Assembly: GCA_963739305.1 (NCBI GenBank) | Contig: CAVTZU010000026.1 | Span: 1-56,254, forward strand | Direction of reading: 5' to 3' | From: Candidatus Bathyarchaeota archaeon | Lineage (GTDB): Archaea > Thermoproteota > Bathyarchaeia > Bathyarchaeales > Bathycorpusculaceae | DNA: 56,254 nt | In this document: positions 30,347 through 41,400 of the stretch, one piece after another | How positions within the stretch are numbered: position 1 is the stretch's first letter | Layout of the letters: every line of letters starts with the position of its first letter | Made by a program: the position numbers and the translations under genes | The notes under the pieces: model-generated | The model's input: the letters and a program-made list of their open reading frames with translations, nothing else | What the model was told of the DNA's origin: nothing | Database searches by the model: none

Positions 30347-31480
30347 TTACTTCCTGAAGAATCTGACCACAAAGGCGGCTAGTATTGGCATCGCAACCAT
30401 CGCGATTATGAATGGGTATTGAGGCGAGTACGCGTACAGATATCCGCCCAAGTAAGGCGCAAGAAACGAAGCAAACATTGCCACTACCTGGGGCACCGCC
30501 ACCCAGCGAGCTCTGCATGATTCTGGAGCAAGCGGACCCACGATAGCATTCATCAATGAAAATGTCATGTAGGAACCACTGATCAGGATGAAAGAGATCA
30601 CGAGTACGCCGAAATTGCCTGAAAGAACCAGCAAGGGCAAAGCGATGCTGTTGAGAATCAGGGTCAGGGCGAGAGAATGTTTCTTGCTCGACTTATCTGC
30701 CAGTCTTCCAAGCAAAATGCCTATCACCGCTGAGCTTGCAAACGTGATCGATCCCAAGACACCGATGGTGAAATCGTTGGATTTGTAGATGTCAGAAACG
30801 AATTTTGGAACAAACGGCCTGAACATTGACAAGACAAACATCAAAGAAGCAAAGAACGCCGCGTACCCGAGTAGTCTGCGAACCCTCAAGAGCTTCAAAA
30901 AAGAAAACTGCTCGCCCGACCTAGCATCGACACTGGCCGCTCGTTGGCTTTTTATGAAGAAAAGGGAAGAGGTAGCCACAGCATAGAAAACGAAAGAGAA
31001 GTAGAAAACAAGCTTCATTCCGACGTTTGCCGCGAGGAATCCTCCTGTTGCAGGGGAGAAGATATAGCCTATCGACCATCCAGCTGACATTACGGTGAAA
31101 GTCATTGTTAATTTGCTCGGATCGGCTGTCGTTACTATGTACGCGGTGCTGGAGGGGCCTCCAAGCCAGAAACCATAAAGAACCATCCCTGGAAGCATAC
31201 CAACCCAGTTCGTTGCCGCCGAAAAAATGAGAGGGACAGGCAACCATGCAACCCATCCTGCAATCATTATCTTCTTTCTATCGTATTTGTCGGCCAGACT
31301 GCCCGAGACAAGAAGAGTAAAGGCAGCAACGAGAGCCATCACTGCATATAGCACTCCTATCTGAACAGAGTCGGCTCCAAGTGAGTTGCCCATGTAGACT
31401 GGAAGAAGATAGGAGAACAGACCATCACCGAAGGCGCCGACCAGGTTGGTGGTGAAGATGAGCTTCAAGTCTTTGTTCAA
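30347..31480 (-). CDS. MFS transporter
   Basis: About 12 TM segments; GSLADKYDRKK and GRLADK motif A. Confidence 0.9.
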   Translation of the reverse strand: MNKDLKLIFTTNLVGAFGDGLFSYLLPVYMGNSLGADSVQIGVLYAVMALVAAFTLLVSGSLADKYDRKKIMIAGWVAWLPVPLIFSAATNWVGMLPGMVLYGFWLGGPSSTAYIVTTADPSKLTMTFTVMSAGWSIGYIFSPATGGFLAANVGMKLVFYFSFVFYAVATSSLFFIKSQRAASVDARSGEQFSFLKLLRVRRLLGYAAFFASLMFVLSMFRPFVPKFVSDIYKSNDFTIGVLGSITFASSAVIGILLGRLADKSSKKHSLALTLILNSIALPLLVLSGNFGVLVISFILISGSYMTFSLMNAIVGPLAPESCRARWVAVPQVVAMFASFLAPYLGGYLYAYSPQYPFIIAMVAMPILAAFVVRFFRK

Positions 31481-31582
31481 AGGAAGTGAGCCTCTGGCCG
31501 CGCTATCCGTGTAAATGGAAGCCTGTCGTTTTTAACTATTTACAGAAAGATAGGAAAAATTGAAGCAAAGTTTCAGTCGAGG

Positions 31583-32581
31583 CTACTTTCTTCTGTCAAC
31601 GAGATCTAATGCGTCAGGTCCCGTTCCTATGAAAGCAACAGGAGCTCGTGTTTCTCTTTCGACTTTGAGCACGAATTCTTTCGTTTCTTTTGACAGTTCT
31701 CCATAGGTTCTAGCGCCTTTGCACTCAGGATAAAGGGCATCGAGTTTCGTCAATGCGATCTGGGTAGCCCCATTGATCATGACGGCGTTCTTGGCCAATT
31801 CGAAGCTGAATGGTGCGGCACGTCTGTCTCTTCCAGTTCCCGCAGCAGTTTCAAACCATCCGCGTTTGATTGCGTCTTCTTTCGATATTTCTCCGGGTAG
31901 TGGTCCTGTCCCTACGCGCGTTACGAAAGATTTCAGCACTAAGACCACGTTGTCGACTTTGGTTGGGCCTACGCCGGCTTCTGAGCACACCGCTGAGGCA
32001 CTGGTATCTCGGCCGGTGACGTATGGATACGTTCCGTGGAAAAGCGAAAGCAGAATTCCTTGGGTTCCCTCAAGCAGCACATTCTTCTTCTTCGTCAACG
32101 CATCTTCGATCTCCAAGGCAACGTCTGCGAGGAAAGGCTGAAGTTCTGGAATATCCCTGGCCAGCTTCGCGGTCCTTCGTACTCTCTCTTCGATTGCAGG
32201 TCCAACTCCCCAGCCGGTCGTTCCTAAGCCCTTCAGATGCGCGCTGGCTTTGTCTTGAGCTGAATGCTTTTCTTCAATTATCGAGGCTTGGTTGTCCACG
32301 CCAATGCGGTTTTTCGTTTTAGTTTCCTCAACTTCCTTCAGGAACTGTCCGACGTGCACGTTCGCTCCAGGGGCAACTAGTAATCGGCAATTTTCGTTGA
32401 CGAACCCGCCAGGAACCATGTGCAACGCATAGCGTTTTCCTTGATACCATATCGTGTGAGCCGCGTTCACTGAACCGGTTCTCACGCAAACGTCGACCTT
32501 GTCATTCAACGCCAGATACGAAATTATCTTGCCTTTGCCTTCGTCTCCCCAAAAACCCCCAACAATCACCGTGCAAGGCAT
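31583..32581 (-). CDS. purA: Adenylosuccinate synthetase (short archaeal form)
   Basis: GGFWGDEGKGK, EGTQG, GTYPYVT, LTKLD. Confidence 0.95.
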   Translation of the reverse strand: MPCTVIVGGFWGDEGKGKIISYLALNDKVDVCVRTGSVNAAHTIWYQGKRYALHMVPGGFVNENCRLLVAPGANVHVGQFLKEVEETKTKNRIGVDNQASIIEEKHSAQDKASAHLKGLGTTGWGVGPAIEERVRRTAKLARDIPELQPFLADVALEIEDALTKKKNVLLEGTQGILLSLFHGTYPYVTGRDTSASAVCSEAGVGPTKVDNVVLVLKSFVTRVGTGPLPGEISKEDAIKRGWFETAAGTGRDRRAAPFSFELAKNAVMINGATQIALTKLDALYPECKGARTYGELSKETKEFVLKVERETRAPVAFIGTGPDALDLVDRRK

Positions 32582-32659
32582 TTTATCACCGTTCTGAGAA
32601 TCTGCCAGGGTTGATTTAAGTCTTTTTGCTACATATATGTCAAACAAGCGACTGAACTG

Positions 32660-33043
32660 CTAGCGATGTTTGAAACTCCCGGCTTCAGAGTCTATGATAT
32701 CGAGCAGCTTCAAAACTTTCCTGCCCTTTGCATTCGTTTCGTTGCTTGAAACAGTACGTCTCATTGGACACAGGTCATCCACGATTATGCCGTCTTCTAC
32801 GCTGTGAATCACTGGGTATAGGCGGCAGCCTTCGGGTCTTACCTTGTATGCTCGGCATCGGCGTTTCTTGGTATCATAGAAGACGCAGTAGCCCTTGCGG
32901 TTTCGCAGCTTCACGTATCCTTGTCGATCAAGCCGTTGAAACTCCTTCAAATGGAAGCCTGCCTCCTCGAGGCGCGCAGCGTCTTCCTTTGAAAGTAACA
33001 TCTCAGTTTCACGACAGCAAACGCCGCAGTGGGAGCAATGCAT
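32660..33043 (-). CDS. YkgJ-family cysteine-cluster protein
   Basis: CSHCGVCC, CVFYD, CRAYKVRPEGCRLYP. Confidence 0.85.
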   Translation of the reverse strand: MHCSHCGVCCRETEMLLSKEDAARLEEAGFHLKEFQRLDRQGYVKLRNRKGYCVFYDTKKRRCRAYKVRPEGCRLYPVIHSVEDGIIVDDLCPMRRTVSSNETNAKGRKVLKLLDIIDSEAGSFKHR

Positions 33044-33094
33044 GGACTAATAGCGATGCGGGCTTTTCTAATCTGCGTTTCGCATAGCCTTTGT

Positions 33095-33334
33095 TCATCC
33101 GCTCGTCAGGATGAAGCCTAGGTTTAGAAGTTCTGCCCACGCTACGCTTCGTAGCGGGATTCTAATCGAGTTTCTTTTGCCGTAAGCTATGCAGGTCAGG
33201 ACGTTCTCTCTTTTCAATTCGTCTTTCATGATCCCTGATAGGTGAACGTTGACTATCACTGAGCCGTCTTTCAGGTGAAGGTTAACGTTTCTTCCCAGAA
33301 AAGATCTGGCCGTGTTAACGCCGAAACCCTCCAT
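33095..33334 (-). CDS. Small protein with Sm/LSm-like pattern
   Basis: FLGRNVNLHLKDGSVIVNVHL...IRIPLRSVAWAE. Confidence 0.55.
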   Translation of the reverse strand: MEGFGVNTARSFLGRNVNLHLKDGSVIVNVHLSGIMKDELKRENVLTCIAYGKRNSIRIPLRSVAWAELLNLGFILTSG

Positions 33335-33339
33335 GCTTC

Positions 33340-33477
33340 TCACCACTGCAAATCCTGTTCTGCTAGCTTGCTCCAGCATTGCCTGCAGATCGGTTTCTTT
33401 TCTCCTCTGAAAAGAATGTATACTTCAATGTCGTTGCTTTCACACTTGCCGTTCCAAGGGTTCTTACACTGTTCCAT
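33340..33477 (-). CDS. 45-aa Cys4 zinc-finger microprotein (not in ORF track)
   Basis: GAGGT SD-like sequence, then MEQCKNPWNGKCESNDIEVYILFRGEKKPICRQCWSKLAEQDLQW*. Confidence 0.65.
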   Translation of the reverse strand: MEQCKNPWNGKCESNDIEVYILFRGEKKPICRQCWSKLAEQDLQW

Positions 33478-33613
33478 AATCGTGAACCTCTTCTACTCAA
33501 TCCTCATTCATTTCGTGGCGATTTTCAGCTTTTAAAGCCCTCGAACAAGCAACATTGCTGAAAAATGGAGAGACGAGTTAAAGTGAACCCCGCCACTCGC
33601 TCAAATAGGAGTC

Positions 33614-35332
33614 TTAAACCTGTCTACCAAAATTGTTGGCAAGGATAATAGCATCGTAAATGTCCACTGTGCCATCCCTGTTTATGTCAGCATTGCCGTT
33701 CCAATTTGGGCTTCCCGGGTTTGACTTGAATGCGCCGGCAAGCATTATGGCGTCGTAGATGTCCACGATTCTGTCCAAGTTGACGTCACCTGGGATTATT
33801 ACGAGAAAGGTTTGTGTCGCTGTGACGTTCGTGTTTCCATCGTTGTCGAAGAAGTATATTTTCCACGCTACGGTTTCACGGTAACTTACAGTACTGTTGC
33901 ACCAGACAAACTTTGCAGTTACCCATGTGTTCGCGGTTCCTCCAAGATACTGCGGTTGTGTCAACGGCCATCTGACATAGTTCACCCCGTGTTGCGAAGC
34001 GCTTGTGTGAAAGTTGTTGTGACAGAACATAGGCCAGTCACCGATGCCTGGTCCAATGTTGAAGGCATAAAGGGCTCCATCGTTGGTGATAAACACACAA
34101 CCGTCTCCGATGCTGGGGCTGCCGAATCCATAACCGCTCAGTGGATAAGACCACAGCACGCCTCCATCAGTTTCGTTCAGCACGTAGAACGTTCCGTTAA
34201 GGGATTGACAGTAAATGGCTCCACCAGCCGACGCCGGGCTGCAGTACATATAATTCTGCAGAGTTCCATTGTGAAGCGGTACCGTCCGCCAAAGTTCATT
34301 CCCAGTCGACAGATCATACGCCCACATGGTCCAATCGTTGGCTGGAATGTAAACTCTTCCACCGTCAACAAGGGGCGTTCCTGTGCTTCCTTTTCCCTCG
34401 AACATTCTGATAAAGCCTCCGTCTTTTTCGTTAAGCACGTAAGTGGACCACAAACTGGTCGTAACGTTGTACACGACCTGGACGAGCATCCCGTTGTAGA
34501 TGACGGGCGACGTGTCCCATGATCGCCCGTACATTCTACTCCATATAACCTGCCCGGTGGTCCCGTTAAAAGCGTACTGTACAGGCGGATCATAGACGGA
34601 GACAAACGCCATACCGTTGTCATAGGCTGTCGAGCAAACGATTAGCCCAACATTTTGATGCCACAACACGCTTCCGTCCGTTTTGTTCAGGGCGTACACT
34701 CCAGCGCCATAAGTTGTGTAGTAAACGTATCCGTTGTTGACGACTGGTGAGCCAACCCACGTGAAGTTGTTTGGTTCCGTGAAGTGCCAGATTTCTGTAC
34801 CACTGGTTCTGTTCAGGGCCATAGCTCTGGGAAATGGTGTTGGCTCCCCGTAAGGGCCTTCGCATTCTCCGACGTACAATACCCCGCCGTCAATGCATGG
34901 AGATCCATCACACTGTCTAACGGTTGTGTTCCAGATCAGGTTGCCGTTTGTGCTATTCACTGCATAAAGCTTGTCGTCACCCTTGGATGGGGCGTAAAGC
35001 ACCCCGTCTTTATATGTGGCCGTGCCAAAGTTGTCGAATCCGTGGACCGTGGTTTGCACCCACAAAGGTGCTCCCGTGGTTTGATTGATCCAAGTTCCCG
35101 TTTCATTCGTTGAAAGAACCGCTCTTTGTAAAGAAAGAGTGTCAAAGCCGTCCGCTTGCAATCCAATATAATCTCCTGGCGGTGTCATCAATCCACTTTG
35201 TTTCTGATTTCTCCATTGTGGATCGTCGTTTTGAGCAAGATGACTATTCACACTCGCGAGTATTGAAGTGAATATCAAGAGAAGAAAGGTCAAGAACGTG
35301 AAGAAAACAGTGATTCTTCTTTTCGCGGGCAA
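33614..35332 (-). CDS. Secreted PQQ-like beta-propeller protein with C-terminal dockerin
   Basis: Signal peptide, repeated ALNxxxGxxxW/SP blades, GDVNLDRIVDIYD...ADINRDGTVDIYD dockerin. Confidence 0.88.
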   Translation of the reverse strand: MPAKRRITVFFTFLTFLLLIFTSILASVNSHLAQNDDPQWRNQKQSGLMTPPGDYIGLQADGFDTLSLQRAVLSTNETGTWINQTTGAPLWVQTTVHGFDNFGTATYKDGVLYAPSKGDDKLYAVNSTNGNLIWNTTVRQCDGSPCIDGGVLYVGECEGPYGEPTPFPRAMALNRTSGTEIWHFTEPNNFTWVGSPVVNNGYVYYTTYGAGVYALNKTDGSVLWHQNVGLIVCSTAYDNGMAFVSVYDPPVQYAFNGTTGQVIWSRMYGRSWDTSPVIYNGMLVQVVYNVTTSLWSTYVLNEKDGGFIRMFEGKGSTGTPLVDGGRVYIPANDWTMWAYDLSTGNELWRTVPLHNGTLQNYMYCSPASAGGAIYCQSLNGTFYVLNETDGGVLWSYPLSGYGFGSPSIGDGCVFITNDGALYAFNIGPGIGDWPMFCHNNFHTSASQHGVNYVRWPLTQPQYLGGTANTWVTAKFVWCNSTVSYRETVAWKIYFFDNDGNTNVTATQTFLVIIPGDVNLDRIVDIYDAIMLAGAFKSNPGSPNWNGNADINRDGTVDIYDAIILANNFGRQV

Positions 35333-35465
35333 CGTATCACTGCAAAACTATAGGTTGAAGGCCTAATTATGTTTTCGCGGCAACCAACCGTGCAGCGGGG
35401 CAGCAGCGAAGTAGCAGCGCGGTTTCTTAAACACATATATTTGTTTGTATTCAGTCAATACTTAG

Positions 35466-35954
35466 ATGAGTAGAATGAACAAAGCTGTGATGATCGTCAT
35501 CTTCGCTTGCCTGTTCCTGGCTGGCCTCAGCGCGATAAGAAGCGTGTTAGCAGATGTTCCACAGATTCGGAACGTCGTGGTCTACCAGGATGGATCAGAC
35601 ACGAAATTGAACGTAACGGTTTACCACTTTGAGGAGATCCTTGGTGACTACGTTGACCTCTTGAAGGTCGTTGTCACTACTGGGACACCTAACATGTCTC
35701 AAACCTTCCCGCAGAGCGGGCCTCACACGTTGGACCCTGTGACGCACACCTTTAACGTGACGCTTGACATCGGGCCGATAAGCGACGCGCCGTTGGGTCA
35801 AGTACAAGCTCATTGCGTCAGCCATGGATGGAGCACGGAGAACTGGACGGGCACGGTTCCAGAATACTCGTTTCCCTTGTTATTGTTAGCTTCTTCGATT
35901 ACCGCGGTGGCTTTACTCGTAAAACATAGGGCTGGGCGAAAACTCTTAGCTTAG
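35466..35954 (+). CDS. Secreted protein with PEF-CTERM-like anchor
   Basis: Signal peptide, AHCVSHGW motif, VPEY + TM + basic tail. Confidence 0.7.
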   Translation: MSRMNKAVMIVIFACLFLAGLSAIRSVLADVPQIRNVVVYQDGSDTKLNVTVYHFEEILGDYVDLLKVVVTTGTPNMSQTFPQSGPHTLDPVTHTFNVTLDIGPISDAPLGQVQAHCVSHGWSTENWTGTVPEYSFPLLLLASSITAVALLVKHRAGRKLLA

Positions 35955-36004
35955 GTTTTTGGTTTTGACCTCTAAGTTATGATTTGCCTTTTGGTGCGCG
36001 CGCT

Positions 36005-36547
36005 TCAGATCTGGATTATTTGCGGCACGATTCTGTCCTTTGTCACCTTCAGCAAACCGACGCTGGGTTTTCCAAGGAACGACGGAGAAGGGTTCGTTGG
36101 ACTTCCCGGGTTGACGAGAAGCACGTTGCCTTCCCACTTTATGTTCGGGCTGTGAGTGTGTCCATAGACGAGGACGTTAAACCCGTTCGTTCTAGCGATT
36201 TCTCGTATCTTGCTGGTACCAAAAAGCGTGCCTGGATTGTGGGTAACGCCGATCTTCCAGTCAAAGACTCTGAAGGAATTCATCTTGGAGAGGCGACCAC
36301 GAATTTCTGGTCCATCCATGTTGCCAAAGACCACCAGGACTGGCGCGATTTGCTCAAGTTCATCAATCACCGACAGTTGCACCAGATCGCCGGCGTGCAC
36401 GATGTAATCGACGTTCTCGAAAACCTTGAAGACCCTTCTAGGGATTTCCTTTGCGCGCACGGGGACGTGGGTGTCGGATATCAGTCCGATGATTTTTCCT
36501 GAGGTTTCCTCCAAACGAGGAAGAATCTGATCCTGCTGGCTAACCAT
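36005..36547 (-). CDS. Metallophosphoesterase (MJ0936/YfcE family)
   Basis: ISDTH, HAGD, GNMD, GHTH, NPGS. Confidence 0.92.
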   Translation of the reverse strand: MVSQQDQILPRLEETSGKIIGLISDTHVPVRAKEIPRRVFKVFENVDYIVHAGDLVQLSVIDELEQIAPVLVVFGNMDGPEIRGRLSKMNSFRVFDWKIGVTHNPGTLFGTSKIREIARTNGFNVLVYGHTHSPNIKWEGNVLLVNPGSPTNPSPSFLGKPSVGLLKVTKDRIVPQIIQI

Positions 36548-36694
36548 CTATGTTGCCTTCCGGCGATTCACGATTTGAAAGTTCTCTCTCAAACGAGTAA
36601 ACAATTGGGACGTCAATATTAAAGTTTAAGCCCGTTTGTCTCTATCACAAACTATTAGTGTGGAGTGCGCGCGTTTAGCGTTGAGTGAAAAAGA

Positions 36695-38053
36695 ATGCCT
36701 GGTCAACTTCAAACAGGAATCAAAGATGAAGTCACGGACCTTCTCAGAGACCTGATCAGAATAGACACAACCAACCCGCCTGGCAACGAGATCGAAGCCG
36801 CAGAATACCTTGCGAAGACTCTTGAGAAAGAAAAATTCGATTGCGAAGTCTTTGAGTCGAAACCTGGAAGAGGAAGTTTTGTAACGCGGTTGCAAGGCAG
36901 CGAAGGAAAACCAAGCATTCTTCTGCTTTCCCACCTGGACGTGGTTGCCGCAAACCCAAGAGAGTGGAGTGTCGATCCTTTTGAAGGCGTGGTCAAGGAT
37001 GGTTTCGTCTGGGGACGCGGGGCGTTCGATATGAAGTCAATGACCGCGATAGAAGTCATGGCCCTGAAGCTCCTAAGAAGGCGGGGCAAGAAGCTGAAAG
37101 GTGACGTTGTGCTGGCAGCAACTGCTGATGAGGAAAAAGGCGGAGAGGAGGGTGCAGGCTGGTTGACGCGGAATCATCCTGAGAGAATCAAGACAGACTA
37201 TGTCATCAACGAGGGAGGAGGCCTCGCGGTTCCGGTGAACGGCAAGAACATTTTCACGGTTCAGACCGCGGAGAAAGGTATGCTGTGGCTCAAGATAAGT
37301 GCAAGAGGTACACCTGGACACGGCTCTATACCTGGGGCAGCAGACAACGCAATAATGCGCGTGAACAGGATTGTTAGCATTCTTGGAAATCATAAAACAT
37401 CTATCGTTCTGATACCTACGGTTGCAGAGTATCTCGCTCAAATAACGAGCGAGGACAAGACTGCCTTTCGCGGATTGAGGAGCATTCTTAAGAACCCGGG
37501 TTCTGCAGATCGAGTTTTGGACGAGCTTGCAAGAAAAGACAAGTTCTTCGCTGAAGAGTTGCGGGTCAAGCTCAAGATGACTTTGGCCGCAACGATGATT
37601 AAGGGCGGGGTGAAGGAGAACATTATTCCATCCGAATGCGAAACAGTGTTTGACTGCCGAATTCTGCCAGGCCAAACGACGTCGGAAGCGATGGAACTGA
37701 TCCAGAAGTTGCTGATGGAGGTTGACTTGGAGAAGTTGAAGTTTGAGACGATTAATGCGAGCGAACCTTCCGAGTCATCGTTGCACACGCAACTGTATGA
37801 TCAAATCATTGAGGTTCTCAAAGATTTTGACCCTACCTGTTCTGTCGCTCCGGACATAATAACCGGGGGGACCGACTCACGTTTTCTAAGGAAACTAGGG
37901 TCCGTGTGTTACGGTTTTCAGCCTATGCTTGCAGACTTGCCCTACGGGGAGATAAAGGAAAGAATACATGGAATTGATGAAAAAATCTCGATAAACAACC
38001 TTGTTTTTGGAACCAGCGTGCTCTACGATGTTATCCAAAGATTCATGGCCTAG
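36695..38053 (+). CDS. M20/M25/M40 family metallo-peptidase
   Basis: SHLDVV, GRGAFDMK, ADEE, GGTD, HGIDE. Confidence 0.92.
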   Translation: MPGQLQTGIKDEVTDLLRDLIRIDTTNPPGNEIEAAEYLAKTLEKEKFDCEVFESKPGRGSFVTRLQGSEGKPSILLLSHLDVVAANPREWSVDPFEGVVKDGFVWGRGAFDMKSMTAIEVMALKLLRRRGKKLKGDVVLAATADEEKGGEEGAGWLTRNHPERIKTDYVINEGGGLAVPVNGKNIFTVQTAEKGMLWLKISARGTPGHGSIPGAADNAIMRVNRIVSILGNHKTSIVLIPTVAEYLAQITSEDKTAFRGLRSILKNPGSADRVLDELARKDKFFAEELRVKLKMTLAATMIKGGVKENIIPSECETVFDCRILPGQTTSEAMELIQKLLMEVDLEKLKFETINASEPSESSLHTQLYDQIIEVLKDFDPTCSVAPDIITGGTDSRFLRKLGSVCYGFQPMLADLPYGEIKERIHGIDEKISINNLVFGTSVLYDVIQRFMA

Positions 38054-38111
38054 GGTCAATCTATAAATACGTTTGAATGCTTCTTTATCTAACTCAACAG
38101 GAGATCTTATT

Positions 38112-38402
38112 ATGCCAGCGATAGAGGTTGGGCGAATCTGTGCCAAGCTCACTGGGCGTGAAGCAGGAAAGAAATGCGTTATAGTTGATGTAATGGACAA
38201 GAGCTTTGTCCTGATAAGTGGACCCAAGAAAGTGACAGGGGTCAAGAGACGAAGGGTAAACGTTAATCACGTTGAACCTTTGCAGGATAAGATAGAGATT
38301 AAGCGAGGGGCTTCTGACGACGAGGTTGAAGAGGCTTTGAAGAGCTCCAGCAAGTTGGAAATGATGGCGCAAGGAGTCAAACCCATACTAGCTTCGACCT
38401 AA
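38112..38402 (+). CDS. rpl14e: 50S ribosomal protein L14e
   Basis: MPAIEVGRICAKLTGREAGKKCVIVD...KRRRVNVNHVEP. Confidence 0.96.
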   Translation: MPAIEVGRICAKLTGREAGKKCVIVDVMDKSFVLISGPKKVTGVKRRRVNVNHVEPLQDKIEIKRGASDDEVEEALKSSSKLEMMAQGVKPILAST

Positions 38403-38471
38403 GAAACGGACACTTCACTTTTTCACGCGACGAAGAATTTCTAAACGAGAACAAACGAACGTGTAAATCAT

Positions 38472-41400
38472 TTGAAAAAGCTTTTTCCAGACCGCAGAAT
38501 AGTATTCTCAGGATTGCTCATTCTGTTTCTTATGCTCAGTGAATTGGCTGGCGCATCATACTTTTTCCCAACCTCCAGAACTGAGGAAAAGAACGGAAAT
38601 AGTTTGGCAGGTGCAATTGCTCCTCAGAATGATCATGCACCTTTGATCGCCAAACCCGCAGTGTTTGCATCCTCTGCGATTCCAAATCCGGTCTCGGGCA
38701 ATCTTAGGGTTCTGGTAATTCCCGTGGTGTTTTCTGATCTTCTGAACACCACTGATATTGAAACAAGTTTGTCTGTGAAGACAGCTTCGTTGGCCTCCTA
38801 CTACGCTGACGTTTCCTATGGATCGGTGACCTTGAGCATAGAAACCTTGCCAAATTGGACTGCACTCCCGCACACTTTGGAATACTACGGTAACGATAGC
38901 GGCACCGAAATTGACGTCAACTGGTTTGCTTTCGTGATGGACTCTCTGAACGCCGTTGACCCTAGCGTAGACTTTCGCAACTACGGATATGTTCTTGTGG
39001 TGCACGCAGGAGCTGATCAGGCATCGAGCGGGGTCGCATCAGACCTGTGGTCTGAGGCCTCCGTTGGCAAACAACCCTTCCTGAACGATGGCGGAGTGAA
39101 CCTTGGGTTTGCAATTCTTTCGGAAATGGATCCGTACGGCGTGTTTGCTCACGAATTCGGACACAACATTGGACTGCCAGACCTTTACGATTACAGCGGT
39201 CAAAATCAGGCGTTTGTCCGCGTTTGGAGCTTGATGGACTATGGCAGTTGGCTCATGCCACCGTCGAGTCTTATGGCCCCCGAGAAGATGTGGCTCAACT
39301 GGATACCTCCAGTAAACACGACTGTCGTGAATGCTGGGCAAATTCTTAACGTCACGTTGGCGAAGCTTGAAACACCCGATAACATTCTTGCTGTAAAGAT
39401 ACCGGTTGACAATACTTATTATGTTCTCGAATATCGAACTGAAGTTCTCACCGACTCCGCCCTTCCAATGGAAGGGGTAATAGTCAGTTACGTGGATGAG
39501 AATTTGCAGTCAGGGCAAGGTATCATCAAGATCAAGAGTGCAGATCCTTCCTCACACACGCTCTACGATGCAGCGTTCACCCCTGGACAAAGATTCGTTG
39601 ATTCGAACAACCAAGTAGCAGTGAAAGTGCTATCTATGAATTCGGACAACGCAAGCATCCGTGTGCAGAAAGGTTTCGCCGATCTTATTGCTGAAAAAAT
39701 CCAATTCGTCGGTGATATCCTTCAGGGTCAGAACATTTCCTTTGACGTGTACGTAAAAAACGTCGGCGTCACCGCTTCAGACCCTTGTTTTGTGTCCCTC
39801 AACATAAACGGGACGCTCTTTGCAGTGAAAGAGTTACCGATGATTGAAAATGGTTCTGAAACTGTCTTGGAGTTTGGCCCGTGGCAGGCACTTGCTGGTC
39901 TGAACCAAATACAGGCGAACGTGGACGTTAACGATGACGTTGTCGAGAACAACAAGACTAACAACGCGGCCTCTGCTATCTTAGATGTTCCTGCACACTC
40001 CGTGTCGATAGATCGAGCTGTAGTGAGCAAGCAACGTGTTGACGTCAACTCGACTCAGCAAGTGAGTTTTCACGCGAGATGGAACGACAATATTTCAGAC
40101 ATTGCTGGTGGCACGCTGTTTGTGAATGGCTCTGCCTTCATCACAAATTCAACAGGGTGGGTGACGTTGGATGTCACTTCGCCCGAAGTGGCCAATGTCA
40201 CTTGGTCTGTTTCAGGAGTTGACGTGCAAGGCTTTCAGGTTTACGTGCAGGACGTGCCTAGTCCATGGATTGTTTGGGATTGTCTTCAGGCTTATGATTT
40301 TGGCGTGTCCCAACAGAGATGTGACATTAACTCAATTCAGACAATTTGGGTCAGGACTCGATACGCTTACGAAGGTAGCGCATTCGACAACTCAGACGGT
40401 CAGCTGTGGATCGATGGAAGACGTGCAGATTGGAGTCCGCAGAATGGCTACTGGACGCTTAATGTGACACAAGACACTGTGGGTCAAAGCAACTACACTG
40501 TTCCCACAGCCTTTCAAGATGACCTCTTTGGACTAACGTTGATGACTGGCCAGCGACAATTGTTGATAGTCTGGGACACGGTCAACTTGACGGTTACGCC
40601 GAGAAACCCGAGGATTAACGTGGGATCCTCTGTCTCACTTGAAGTGAATGGAACTTACGCTTTTGATTCAACCGTGTGGAATGGAACGGTTGTTTTCAAT
40701 GATACGTTGATGAAGAATGAAGTTGGCAGATTCTCCTACTCCATTGTGTCAATATCTGATCCACTCTACGGCTTAAGGACTTTCAGTTCAAACGTGGCTA
40801 GCGCGATCTTTGACCGCGTAGTCCTGAATGCGTCGGCATCGAAGGGACGCATTAATGTTGGTGAAGAAGCCAAGGTCGTCATCACAGGAGTCTACCAGTA
40901 CGACGGGACAATCTGGAATGGCGATTTCACATTGAACGACTCTGTCGTCAAGAATGAGGTGGGCCGTTTTGGATTCACGGTGACTTCTCTTACAGACCCG
41001 AATTACAACTTGACCGCGTTCAACAGCAACTCCTTCTCGGTGGTCTGGGACAGAGTAGACCTAGCTCTGTCTTCTTCTCAAGAGAGAGTCAAAGTCGGAC
41101 TGAAGGCCCCGATAATGTGGACGGGGCAATACGAGTTCGACGGGACGATCTTTGAGGGAAACGTGACTCTGAATGAGGACCTCGTGAAAAACACCATTGG
41201 GCTCGTGAACTACACCGCGGTCGACATTTCTGATTCTTTATACAACTTGACGACTTTCAGAACTAACGAAGTTAGCGTTGTTTTTGATGATTTGAACTGC
41301 ACCGTAAGCACCATCACGTCATCGATTGGCAAAGCCAAGATCGAGGTTGACGTCAGGTACGTGTTTGATGGAAAACCGGTAACTGGTGCAACAGTGACTG

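Noticed and set aside
33812-35166. Long antisense or alternative-frame ORFs here and throughout the track
   Set aside because: They are shadows of well-supported genes and have no motifs.
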